DNA from: Gemmatimonadaceae bacterium | GTDB taxonomy: Bacteria; Gemmatimonadota; Gemmatimonadetes; Gemmatimonadales; Gemmatimonadaceae | DNA: 64,000 nucleotides | Assembly: GCA_035553215.1 (NCBI GenBank) | Contig: DATNDS010000052.1 | Location: forward strand, 17,786-81,785 | Direction of reading: 5' to 3' | Shown: in pieces, positions 20,439-30,288 of the stretch | Layout: every line of letters begins with the position of its first letter | Position numbering within the stretch: the stretch's first letter is position 1 | Position numbers and translations under genes: made by a program | The notes under the pieces: generated by a model | Told to the model about the DNA's origin: nothing | Database searches by the model: none | What the model saw: only the letters and a program-made list of their open reading frames with translations

Positions 20439-22067
20439 ATGGCCACACAAACCAAGCCGCACCACGAGGCGGCAGCGCGCAAGGGAACCACAGGGCTGGA
20501 ACAGCTCGGCCTGTCTCCGTCGGGAACGATCCACTGGAATCTGGTGGCACCCGAGCTCGTTCAACTTGCGGCGCAACGCCAGGAAGGGACGCTGGCGGAC
20601 ATGGGCCCGTTCGTCGGCATCACGACGCCACACACCGGACGCTCACCCAAGGACAAGTTCATCGTCCGCGAGCCCGGCACCGAGGGTGACATCTGGTGGG
20701 GCAAGGTGAACCAGCCGTACGATCCCGCGAAGTACGAGCTGCTCCTGGCGGATGTGCAGGCGTATCTGGGTGCGCAGTCCGATCTCTTCGTGCAGGATTT
20801 GTGGGCGGGCGCCGACCCGCGCTACCGGCTGTCGGTGCGCTTCGTCTCGCCCAACGCGTGGCAGTCGCAGTTCGTACGCAACATGTTCATTCGGCCCGAG
20901 CTCTCCGATCTCCCCACCTTCGCTCCCAATTTCAGCGTGCTCCACACGCCGGAGTTCCAGGCGGACCCGGCACGGCACGGCACACGCACGGGCACGTTCA
21001 TCGTGCTCAACTTCGCCCAACGGCAGATTCTGATCGGGGGCACGCGCTACGCGGGCGAGCTCAAGAAGTCCATCTTCACGGTGATGAACTACTTCATGCC
21101 CAGGCAGGGCGTGCTCTCCATGCACTGCTCGGCCAACATCGGACCGGCCGGAGACACCGCGCTGTTCTTCGGCCTCTCGGGCACGGGCAAGACCACCCTG
21201 TCGGCTGATCCCGAGCGCATGCTCATTGGCGATGATGAACACGGCTGGAGCGATCAGGGGGTGTTCAACTTCGAAGGCGGCTGTTATGCCAAGGCGGTGA
21301 ACCTGTCGGAGAAGGGGGAGCCCGACATCTACCGAACCACCCAGATGTTCGGCACCGTCTTCGAGAACGTGGTGCTCGACCCCAACTCTCGGCGGCCTGA
21401 CTTCGCTGACATCTCGCTCACCGAGAACACGCGCGTGTCGTATCCGCTGCATTACATCCGCAACCACGTGCCCAGCGGGCGCGGCGGCCATCCTCGCAAC
21501 ATCGTGCTGCTCACCGCGGACGCCTTCGGCGTATTGCCGCCGATCGCGCGCCTCACGCCTGAGCAGGCGCTGTACTACTTCCTGTCGGGATACACGGCCA
21601 AGGTTGCCGGCACCGAGCGTGGCGTCACGGAACCGCAGGCCACGTTCAGCGCCTGCTTTGGTGACGTCTTCCTGGTATGGCCGCCCGCGAAGTATGCGGA
21701 AATGCTGGGCCAGCGGCTGCGCGAGCACGGATCGCGCGTGTGGCTCGTGAACACCGGCTGGACCGGCGGCCCCTTTGGTGTGGGCTCGCGCATGAAGCTC
21801 GCCGACACACGCACCATGGTGCGCGAGCTCCTCAAGGGAACGCTCGACGACGCGCCGACCTTCACGGACGACATCTTCGGACTCGCCGTGCCCAAGTCCG
21901 TCCCCGGCGTGAATCCGGCAGTCATGAATCCACGGGGCACCTGGAGCGATCCCGCCGCCTACGAAGCGCAGGCCAGGAAGCTGGCCGAGATGTTCCGCAA
22001 GAACTTCGCACAGTTGGCCGGCCGCGTGGACGAGCGCGTACGGGGGGCCGGGCCGGGGCCGCGTTAG
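20439..22067 (+). CDS. pckA: phosphoenolpyruvate carboxykinase (ATP)
   Basis: GRSPKDKF, GGTRYAGELKKS, FFGLSGTGKTTLS and IGDDEHGW motifs. Confidence 0.95.
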   Translation: MATQTKPHHEAAARKGTTGLEQLGLSPSGTIHWNLVAPELVQLAAQRQEGTLADMGPFVGITTPHTGRSPKDKFIVREPGTEGDIWWGKVNQPYDPAKYELLLADVQAYLGAQSDLFVQDLWAGADPRYRLSVRFVSPNAWQSQFVRNMFIRPELSDLPTFAPNFSVLHTPEFQADPARHGTRTGTFIVLNFAQRQILIGGTRYAGELKKSIFTVMNYFMPRQGVLSMHCSANIGPAGDTALFFGLSGTGKTTLSADPERMLIGDDEHGWSDQGVFNFEGGCYAKAVNLSEKGEPDIYRTTQMFGTVFENVVLDPNSRRPDFADISLTENTRVSYPLHYIRNHVPSGRGGHPRNIVLLTADAFGVLPPIARLTPEQALYYFLSGYTAKVAGTERGVTEPQATFSACFGDVFLVWPPAKYAEMLGQRLREHGSRVWLVNTGWTGGPFGVGSRMKLADTRTMVRELLKGTLDDAPTFTDDIFGLAVPKSVPGVNPAVMNPRGTWSDPAAYEAQARKLAEMFRKNFAQLAGRVDERVRGAGPGPR

Positions 22068-22070
22068 CGG

Positions 22071-22135
22071 CCTCCCCATTCCCACCATTCCCCATTCCCG
22101 TTTGCCGATTCCCCGGGGAGGGGTGGTAGCAGGAA
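22071..22135. repeat. ATTCCCC/ATTGCCG heptamer repeat unit followed by a purine-rich tail
   Basis: The sequence is cctccccattcccaccattccccattcccgtttgccgattccccggggaggggtgg. The 27-mer attccccattcccgtttgccgattccc (22087-22113) recurs exactly at 55395-55421. Confidence 0.8.
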
Positions 22136-22176
22136 GGCAGGGTGGCGGCAGGGCCGTCACCCGCTTCTCTTACGTC

Positions 22177-23409
22177 ATGCTCCCGTCCGAGATCATTCGC
22201 GACCCGCTCTGGAACAACATCCGGATCGATCCGCACGCCCTGCGGCTCGTCGACACGCCGGTCTTTCAGCGGCTGCGCTATGTACGACAGCTCGGACTCG
22301 CGTATCTGGTGTATCCGGGCGCGACGCACACGCGATTCGAGCATGCGCTGGGCACGTACCATCTGGCGCGCCGGACGCTCGGCCTGCTTGCCGAACGCGG
22401 TGATCTGAACGGGATCGCACCGGACGAACCGGCCGTCGTGCGCGCCGCTGCCCTGCTCCACGACGTCGGACACTATCCCTTTTCCCACGCGCTCGAGGAA
22501 ATCGGCGCGCTGCACCACGAGGAAGTGGCGCGCGCGCTCGTCACCGAGGGAGATGCCGCCGCTGCGCTGCGCGAACTCGTCGCGCCTGATGCTCCCGAGC
22601 GCGTCTACAAGCTCATTTGCGGTGACAGCCCGAGTCCGCTCCAGGGACTCATTTCGGGATCACTCGATCTCGACAAGATCGAGTACCTCAAACGCGACGC
22701 GCTCATGTGCGGCGTGCCCTACGGCGAGATCGACGTGGACCGGCTGCTCAACGCGCTCACCGTGGTCGAGGACCCGCGCACCGGTGGACCGACCGTCGGC
22801 GTGAACGAAAAGGGACTCTCCGCGCTCGAGTCGCTGCTCTTCGCCAAGTACCAGATGTACCGCAATGTCTACTGGCACCACGCCGTCCGCAGCGCCACCG
22901 CGATGTACAAGCGTCTCGTGGATGATGCGCTGCGCGGTGGCGCGCTGAGCGAGCGCGCGCTGGCCTCGTTCACGGACGAAGGACTGCTGCACACGCTCGA
23001 AGGCTCCTTCGGCCGCTCCGCGCTGCTCACCGCACTACGGGAACGGCGCCTCTACAAGCGGGCATATGAATGCGTGGCGGAGGAGCTGCCGCAGGATGGG
23101 GACTGGATCGCGGAAGAGCCCGAACGAACGCGCGCGGCGGAAGATGAACTGGCGGCCGAACTCGATCTCGAGCCGGGCGAGCTGCTGCTCGACTTCCCGG
23201 TGAAGCCCCAGATGCTGGGGCTCGACATTCCCGTCCAGCAGCGCGACGGGAGCGTCAGGCGGCTCACGATGGACGGCTGGCCCGGCGCGATCAATCTGCC
23301 GCTCCTGAGCGAGCAACTCTATCGCACCGCACGCGTCTTTCGGGTGTTCGTCGCTCGTCCCGTCACGCTGCGGCCGGAGCGCGTGCGCGCACTGATGCGC
23401 CCGGACTAG
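22177..23409 (+). CDS. HD-domain phosphohydrolase (SAMHD1/dNTPase-like superfamily)
   Basis: THTRFEHALGTYHLA and LLHDVGHYPFSHALEE are HD motifs, with DKIEYLKRD downstream. The internal ATG 22177 (MLPSEIIRDPLW) is preferred. Confidence 0.85.
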   Translation: MLPSEIIRDPLWNNIRIDPHALRLVDTPVFQRLRYVRQLGLAYLVYPGATHTRFEHALGTYHLARRTLGLLAERGDLNGIAPDEPAVVRAAALLHDVGHYPFSHALEEIGALHHEEVARALVTEGDAAAALRELVAPDAPERVYKLICGDSPSPLQGLISGSLDLDKIEYLKRDALMCGVPYGEIDVDRLLNALTVVEDPRTGGPTVGVNEKGLSALESLLFAKYQMYRNVYWHHAVRSATAMYKRLVDDALRGGALSERALASFTDEGLLHTLEGSFGRSALLTALRERRLYKRAYECVAEELPQDGDWIAEEPERTRAAEDELAAELDLEPGELLLDFPVKPQMLGLDIPVQQRDGSVRRLTMDGWPGAINLPLLSEQLYRTARVFRVFVARPVTLRPERVRALMRPD

Positions 23410-23430
23410 CCCGCGGCGATGCCACGCTCG

Positions 23431-23613
23431 CTAGTCGCCCTGTGCCTTGCGCTCCCGCCCGCGCGCTTCGGCGAGCTGACGCGCGATGCCGCGATAGAAT
23501 CCGGCGTCGTCGCCGCGCCCCTGCGATTCGAGCGAGAGCGCGGCCAGCTCGAGCGCGTAGAGAATGTTTCCGAGATAGAGTTCGGCCAGCTCGCCGACGG
23601 ACTGCTCCGCCAT
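23431..23613 (-). CDS. small hypothetical protein (60 aa) coupled to the PP2C gene
   Basis: MAEQSVGELAELYLGNILYALELAALSLESQGRGDDAGFYRGIARQLAEARGRERKAQGD. Its ATG lies 1 nt after the PP2C stop (TGACATG). No family recognised. Confidence 0.4.
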   Translation of the reverse strand: MAEQSVGELAELYLGNILYALELAALSLESQGRGDDAGFYRGIARQLAEARGRERKAQGD

Positions 23614-23614
23614 G

Positions 23615-24391
23615 TCAGTCGTTCGCGCCCTCGCCGGCGCTGGGCGGCGCGTCACCATCATCGTCCACGGTCTGCACGCGAACCACGATGGCCGTGATGT
23701 TGTCCAGGCCACCGCGCCCATTGGCCTCCGAGATCAGGGCGTCCACGATGCGCTGGACCGTGGCGCGCGACATGAGCAGTTGCTGCAGCCGGCGGTCGTC
23801 CACCATGCCCGTGAGCCCATCACTGGCCACCAGAAACGTATCGCCCCGCTTGACCTCGCCCGCGTAGAGATCCGGCTGCACCTCGCCCGACGCGCCCACG
23901 CAGCGCGTGATGACGTTGGAGTACGGGTGATAGCGCGCCTGCTCCGGCGTGAGCACACCGGCGTCCACCTGCTCCTGCACGTACGAGTGATCCTTGGTGA
24001 GCTGGCGGAGAGCACCGTCGCGGAGCAGATACACGCGCGAATCGCCAACGTGTCCAATGAGGTAGCGGCCCCCGTGCAGCATCAGCACGGACGCGGTGGT
24101 CCCCATTCCCTGTTTGTCGGACTCCAGCAGCGTCCGTTCGTAGATCGCCACGTTGGCGTGACGCAACGAGTCGGCAATTCGCTCGCGGGCGTCATCGCCC
24201 GTGTCGGTGACGCGCGAGAGTTCCGTCGAGACGATCCGCACGGCCATGTCGCTGGCCACTTCTCCGGCCGCGTGGCCCCCCATGCCATCGGCGACGACGA
24301 AGAGCCCCGCTCGCGAGTCCGCGAAGAGGCTGTCCTCGTTGCCCGACCGGATCATCCCGGTATTGGTGGCCTGCCCAACATCGAGCCGCAC
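23615..24391 (-). CDS. PP2C family Ser/Thr protein phosphatase
   Basis: MIRSGNEDS, FVVADGMGGHAAGEVAS, VASDGLTG and GGLDNITAIVV motifs. Confidence 0.9.
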   Translation of the reverse strand: MRLDVGQATNTGMIRSGNEDSLFADSRAGLFVVADGMGGHAAGEVASDMAVRIVSTELSRVTDTGDDARERIADSLRHANVAIYERTLLESDKQGMGTTASVLMLHGGRYLIGHVGDSRVYLLRDGALRQLTKDHSYVQEQVDAGVLTPEQARYHPYSNVITRCVGASGEVQPDLYAGEVKRGDTFLVASDGLTGMVDDRRLQQLLMSRATVQRIVDALISEANGRGGLDNITAIVVRVQTVDDDGDAPPSAGEGAND

Positions 24392-24620
24392 AAGCAGTTC
24401 ATCGAAGGGGAAATACGAACTGAAGACTCGTCATGATGACGGCTTCGCCATGATCTACGCCTGAGCACGCCCGGGTGTTTCCGTACGACCCGGCAATGGT
24501 CAGCATCTTGAAATGATACAGGAAGCAACGCACGAAGCTATGGCGGCCTCTATCGACAGGCAAGCGGCTCCCGAAAGCGTGCTCGTTCCCATCTCCATTG
24601 CCAATCGTACATCATCCATC

Positions 24621-24884
24621 ATGCCATTGTGGCTTCACTGGATCATTCTCGGTCTCGTTGCCGGCGCCCTCGCCAAGTTCATCATGCCGGGCCGCGACCC
24701 CGCCGGCTGCCTCGTGACCATCGCGCTCGGTGCGGCAGGCGCGTTCATTGGCGGCTGGGCAGGCATGCTGCTGGGCTGGGGGCGTGTGAGCCAGACGAGA
24801 TTCGACCTGCGCTCCGTCGGGCTCGCCACGCTCGGTGCCATCCTGCTGCTCGCGGCCGGCCGCATCGTCGTGCGCCGGAGGTGA
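24621..24884 (+). CDS. GlsB/YeaQ/YmgE (transglycosylase-associated) family membrane protein
   Basis: WIILGLVAGALAKFIMPGRDPAGCLVTIALGAAGAFIGGW. The internal ATG 24621 is preferred. Confidence 0.8.
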   Translation: MPLWLHWIILGLVAGALAKFIMPGRDPAGCLVTIALGAAGAFIGGWAGMLLGWGRVSQTRFDLRSVGLATLGAILLLAAGRIVVRRR

Positions 24885-24938
24885 CGCCAGCGCGCTATCG
24901 GTGTTTCTACGGGGTGTGACGCGCTATCTTTGGTGGCA

Positions 24939-27782
24939 ATGAAGTCGCACATCGTCGTCCGGGGCGCGCGCCAGCACAATCTGGCGGGGTTCGATCTCGA
25001 AATCCCCCGCCGGGCCTATACCGTCGTCACCGGACCGTCCGGCTCCGGCAAGTCGTCACTCGCCTTCGACACCATCTACGCGGAAGGACAACGCCGCTAC
25101 GTGGAGTCGCTCTCGGCGTATGCGCGGCAGTTCCTGGAGCGCATGGAGTAGCCCGCGGTCGACTTCATTGACGGGCTCTCGCCGGCCGTCGCGATCGAGC
25201 AGCGCAACCCCGTGCGATCCGCCCGTTCCACGGTGGGCACCGCGACGGAGATCTACGATTTCCTGCGACTGCTCTGGGCGCGCGTTGGCCACACGGTATG
25301 CCCCGTGTGTGGTCGTGAGATGCATCCGGACACGGTGCAGTCCACGACCGACGCGGTTCTCGCACTCGGCGCCGGCACGCGCTTCTCCGTGTGCTTCCCG
25401 CTGCGACTGAGCCCGGCGGTCACGCACGACGCCGTCGTGTCCAGCTTGCGCGAACAGGGCTTTCTGCGCGTGTCCGCGGATGGCGTCCTGTACCACCTCG
25501 ATGATCTCGGCGGCGGCACGCCGGATCTCACGCGTGCAGGGGAGCTGCTGGTCGTCGTGGACCGCCTCGTCGCGGGACCGGATGCCGCTCGGCGGCTTAC
25601 GGACGCGGTCAGTACGGCCTTCGCGGACGGCGATGGGGAGTGCGTGATCCTGCTTCAGCCCGCGCCCGGCGGCGAGACTGCGACTACGGGGAGCCGCCTG
25701 CGCTTCACCGAGCGCTTCGAGTGCTCCCATGATGGCACGCGGGCGCCCGTGCCGACGCCGCAGCTCTTCAGCTTCAACAATCCGCGCGGCGCCTGCCCCA
25801 CTTGCAACGGATTCGGGGCGACGCTGGAATACGACGAGGCGCTCATCGTACCGCACCCGGAGTACTCGCTGCGTGATGGCGCGATCGATCCCTGGACGAA
25901 ACCGCGCTACGAGGGGCGCCGCAGAACGCTGGCCGAATTCGCCAAGGCGCGCGGCATTGCCATGGACGTACCCTGGAGCGCACTCGCGGCCGCCGACCGG
26001 GAGCTGCTGCTCACGGCGCGCACGCGCTCCTACAAGGGGATTCTTCCCTTCCTCCAGGATCTCGAGGAGAAGCGCTACAAGCAGTACATCCGCGTGTTCC
26101 TGAGACAGTATCAGAGCGCCCGGGAATGTCCCGCGTGCCATGGTGCGCGACTGCAGCCCGACGCACTGAATGTGCGCGTCGGGGCGCGCACGATTGCGGA
26201 GATCAGCCAGTTGCCGGTGGACGAACTCGCCCCGTGGCTCGAGACCGTGGCACTCACCCCGTTCGAGCAGCGCATCGCCACGCACATCCTCGGCGAGGCG
26301 CGAGCCCGGACGCGTTTTCTCGTGGACGTGGGCCTCGGCTACCTCGCGCTGGATCGCGCCACGCGCACCCTCTCCGGCGGAGAGGCGCAGCGCATTGCGC
26401 TCGCCAATTCCCTGGGCGCGCACCTGGTGGACACCCTCTACGTGCTCGATGAACCGTCCATCGGGCTGCATCCACGCGACGTGAGCCGGCTGCTGGCGCT
26501 CCTGCACCGGCTGCGCGATGCGGGGAATACGGTGCTGGTCGTGGAGCACGATCTCGAAGCCATCCGCGCGGCGGATTACATGGTGGAGCTGGGACCGGCG
26601 AGTGGCGAGCATGGCGGACAGCTCGTGTTCGCGGGGCCGGCGGCGCTGGCGGAATCGAGCCCGCTCACCGGCGCCTATCTCAGCGGCGCGAAAAGCATCC
26701 CGATACCGGAGGAGCGGCGCCCGCTGGGCCCGCGCTGGCTCACCCTGACCAATGCGCGTGCCCACAATCTGCGCGGCGTGGACGTGCGGATTCCACTGGG
26801 AGCCATGACTGTCGTGACCGGCGTGTCCGGCTCCGGCAAGAGCACGCTCGTGCACGACGTCCTATATCGCGCGCTGGAGGTGCGCCTGCATGGCGACCAC
26901 ACCGCCAAACAGCATCTCGGTGAACCGGTGGGGGCGGTGGACGCCGTCGAGGGATGGCAGACACTGGATGATGTGGTGCTCGTGGACCAGAGCCCGATCG
27001 GCCGCACGGCGCGCTCCAATCCGGTGACCTACGTGAAGGCGTTCGACGAGATCCGGCGCATCTTCGCGGCGCAGCCGCTCGCGCGCCAGCGACGCTACAC
27101 CGCGGGCACCTTCAGCTTCAACGTCCCCGGCGGACGGTGTGACACCTGTGAGGGCGCGGGTCACCTCGCCGTGGAAATGGTCTTCATGGCCGACGTCTTC
27201 GTTCCCTGCGATGAATGTGGCGGCAAGCGCTTCAAGCCCGAGGTGCTGGACGTCACCGTGAATGGCCGGAACATTCACGACGTGCTGAATCTCACGGTGG
27301 ACGAAGCCATTCGCTTCTTCCTGCGCGAGGAGAAGCTCGGGCAGGCGCTCTGGCAGGTGCAGCAGGTGGGCCTTGGCTATCTGCGACTGGGCCAGCCCGC
27401 GCCCACGCTCTCGGGTGGCGAAGCGCAGCGGTTGAAGATTGCGCGCGAGTTGGCGACGTCGAGCCGCGGCGCGGGACGGCGCCTGTACATCATGGATGAA
27501 CCCACGACCGGTCTGCATCTCGACGATGTGCGCAAGCTCGCGCGCGTCCTCGACCGGCTCGTCGAGCACGGCCACACGCTCGTGATCATCGAGCATCATC
27601 TCGACGTGATCAAGCTCGCGGACTGGGTGATCGATCTGGGGCCGGAGGCCGGCGCGGCCGGGGGCGAGGTCGTCGCGGCCGGCCGGCCCGAAGACATCGC
27701 TCGCGTGAGCGCATCACACACCGGGCAGTGGCTGCGTACCGTACTGCCCGGACGCGCGGCCGCACTCACGCGCGCGTCATGA
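24939..27782 (+). pseudogene. uvrA: excinuclease ABC subunit A (UvrA) with one in-frame TAG at 25149-25151
   Basis: Track ORFs 24930..25151 and 25212..27782 are in the same frame. The sequence reads [59 protein letters not shown]..., and the second ABC module (GVSGSGKSTL, LSGGEAQR) is intact. Confidence 0.85.
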
Positions 27783-27828
27783 CGATTGCTTGACCCCTGT
27801 TCGCGCCCGGTCTAAGTTTCACTGTTAT

Positions 27829-27901
27829 TCCCGAGTAGCTCAGATGGTAGAGCAGGTGACTGTTAATCACCGGGTCGGGGGTTCGAGTCCCTCCTCGGGA
27901 G
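27829..27901 (+). tRNA. tRNA-Asn (anticodon GTT)
   Basis: Cloverleaf folded by hand. Acceptor stem TCCCGAG/CTCGGGA, D arm GCTC-AGATGGTA-GAGC, anticodon arm GGTGA-CTGTTAA-TCACC, T arm GGGGG-TTCGAGT-CCCTC, discriminator G. CCA is not encoded. Confidence 0.95.
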
Positions 27902-27915
27902 CCTCATTCGGATGC

Positions 27916-27966
27916 CACGAGACCCTCAGGAAGCCGCGTCCGCTTCCTGAGGGTCTCGTGTTTTTG
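27916..27966 (+). terminator. rho-independent terminator after tRNA-Asn
   Basis: Perfect 19-bp stem cacgagaccctcaggaagc / gcttcctgagggtctcgtg, a 7-nt loop, then TTTTTG. Confidence 0.8.
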
Positions 27967-27983
27967 TTCTCCGCTCCGACCGT

Positions 27984-29954
27984 TTACGAGATCGTGCGCT
28001 GCTTGATCAGGATGATGGCCTCGGAGTTCCGCAGCCGTACACTCGTCACGGCGGCGCCGAGCGTGCCATCGCCGTGGAGCGGCAGCCAGCTCTCGCCGGC
28101 CGGCAGAGCGACACTCACCGCGCTATTGTCCAGGTACGTCTGCGCCCCCCAGCCACGCTGCATGCGCAGCAGCACGAGCGCGCGATCGAAGTCACGCGCA
28201 TAGATCGTGTAGGCCTGCCCCGTCGGATCCGTGCCCTGGAGCATGATGGTGCGCGCCCCGGTGGGGTGTCCGATGTTGGCCTCCTGCGCCTTCAGCCAGA
28301 GCGACGAGTACGGCAGAGTCCACAGGTTCACGAGCTGCAGCGCCAGGTGGTCCGGCGATGAGGGGACGACCATGTAGTAGCTCGAGAGCTCCCACATCTT
28401 CAGTCGTTCGTACGTCGACGTGTAATTGCCCGCCGGATATTTCGGAGCCAGCACGACGGCGTCGGGGTAGTCGTACGCATTCACGAAGTCCACGAATACG
28501 CCAGCGGCGAGCAGCCTGTCCACCCACGTCCACTGGTCCGGCATGCCGGAATGCAGCGGGTTGTTCGCCTTCTCCAGATGCGCCGCGCCCGCCGCGACCA
28601 CATCAGCGAAGTCCGCGCTGGTCGTGTAGCCCGCGCTGTTGATCATGAGGACTTTGGAGCCCATCGCCTGCTTCACCGTCGCGACCAATCCCGCGTAGGC
28701 GGCCATGTATGATGCCGCATCGGGGAACTCGGCCACGTTGCCCACGCGCGATCCAATGTCGCCCGACCCGGATTCATCCACGAACGCGCCCGCATGCCCC
28801 GACACCACGCGCGTGTAGCGGTCCGCCGTGTAGGCGCGAGCGCCGGGATCGGCGGCGTTGATGACCCAGCGCGACGAGTCCCAGATGTGCACCACCAGCC
28901 GGTTCGCCGAGTCGGGCGTCACGCCGCGCACGTGCAGCCAGGCGTTCTCCAGATGGTACTCGGGGTGTGCCGCGTACCACTGCACCATGTCGCCGTAGTA
29001 GGCGCCGGTGATGTTCACGCTCGCGGCGCCCGGAATCTGCGTGGTCCAGAGTAGCGTGTACGGATAGTGCTGCACAGTGGCGTTTACCGCGGTCCACGCC
29101 GTTCCGTCCCCGGACATCGCGAAATCGTAGTGCTGGCCGGCCCAGGCGCGCTCGGTCGGCGTCCAGTTGTAATAGAAATCCGTCATCATCGTGCGGATGT
29201 GCTGCCAGTGCGGCGACGTCGCGCTGTACCCGCTGAAGAGCGATCCCGTGGCCGGAGGCGGTTGCGTCGGGCTGGCGGTCGGCGGCGCTGACGACGGCGG
29301 CGACGGCGTCGCGGGAGTCGGCGCCGTCACGGTGACGGCGGATGTGCCCTTTCCTGTTCCGCTCTGCGCCGTGATGGCGGCTGAGCCGGCGGCGACGGCG
29401 GTGACGAGTCCGCTGGGTGAGACCGTGGCGACCTTCGTGTTCGACGAGAGCCACGTGATGGTGGGACTGGATACGGTGCCGCCGCTGGACAGCTTCACCG
29501 TGGCGCTGAGCTGTTTGCTGCCGGCAACAGCGAGCGAGACCGATGAAGGCGAGACGGCGACCGAGACAGTCGGAGGTGGCGCGGCGGTGACCTGCACTTC
29601 CGCGTACGCGGCCTGTGCGGCGGATGACACCAGAATCTTCGCGCGTCCGGGCTTTCGCCCCGTCACGACACCCTGGTCCGACACGACCGCGATGGTCGTG
29701 TCGGATGATTTCCACTGGGCTGGCGCGACATCGAGCTTCTCGCGCGACTCATCCTGGAACTGGACATCGAGCGTGACCTTCGCTCCGCTCCGGATCGCGG
29801 CAGTCGCTGGTGACACGACCACCCACTTGACGCGGGCCGCGTCGGGCGAGGAGCTGTGCAGCTCGGTGGGCGAGGACATGCTGTCCACGCAGGCGGTAAT
29901 CGCCAGCATTCCAGTGGCGATGGCGAACAGTCGGAGGGGATCGGTGAGATGCAT
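27984..29954 (-). CDS. lipoprotein with two Big_2 (bacterial Ig-like) domains and an uncharacterised ~430-aa C-terminal domain
   Basis: Lipobox LAITAC. Two repeats of the type ...VTVSPATAAI..G..V.L......SSDTTIAVVSDQGVVTG...G.A.I. A Pro/Ser/Thr linker follows, then a large Trp/Tyr-rich domain. The internal ATG 29954 is preferred. Confidence 0.75.
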   Translation of the reverse strand: MHLTDPLRLFAIATGMLAITACVDSMSSPTELHSSSPDAARVKWVVVSPATAAIRSGAKVTLDVQFQDESREKLDVAPAQWKSSDTTIAVVSDQGVVTGRKPGRAKILVSSAAQAAYAEVQVTAAPPPTVSVAVSPSSVSLAVAGSKQLSATVKLSSGGTVSSPTITWLSSNTKVATVSPSGLVTAVAAGSAAITAQSGTGKGTSAVTVTAPTPATPSPPSSAPPTASPTQPPPATGSLFSGYSATSPHWQHIRTMMTDFYYNWTPTERAWAGQHYDFAMSGDGTAWTAVNATVQHYPYTLLWTTQIPGAASVNITGAYYGDMVQWYAAHPEYHLENAWLHVRGVTPDSANRLVVHIWDSSRWVINAADPGARAYTADRYTRVVSGHAGAFVDESGSGDIGSRVGNVAEFPDAASYMAAYAGLVATVKQAMGSKVLMINSAGYTTSADFADVVAAGAAHLEKANNPLHSGMPDQWTWVDRLLAAGVFVDFVNAYDYPDAVVLAPKYPAGNYTSTYERLKMWELSSYYMVVPSSPDHLALQLVNLWTLPYSSLWLKAQEANIGHPTGARTIMLQGTDPTGQAYTIYARDFDRALVLLRMQRGWGAQTYLDNSAVSVALPAGESWLPLHGDGTLGAAVTSVRLRNSEAIILIKQRTIS

Positions 29955-30288
29955 GCGTCGGCACTCGGCTGATGGTCCCTTCGGCGGCCCGACGAGCATG
30001 GCGCGCATTCGCGCGTGGTAGCCTCGTGGCTTTGCGGCCTCGCCTTTCGACGAGTGTGCCTTTGTCGCAGGGGCAACAGCCCAGAGCGATCATGCCGGCG
30101 AAATCTGCGCAGATCAGTGCGTAGGGTGGACGACCTGAAGTGAGGCGAGTCACGCGTTGCGCGTGAGTGAAACGAAGGACAACTGGGAGTGGAACGAAGT
30201 GTGACTGGCGCGCCCGCATTGGTTGCAAATATTATTCCAGTTCCCTGCCTCATTTGAGATACGTGTGCGCCGAGAACACTCCAGCATT

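Noticed and set aside
27902-30008. Genomic island integrated at tRNA-Asn.
   Set aside because: I saw no integrase or recombinase and no direct repeat of the tRNA 3' end downstream. Composition of the adjacent gene looks genome-typical, and purEK follows immediately.
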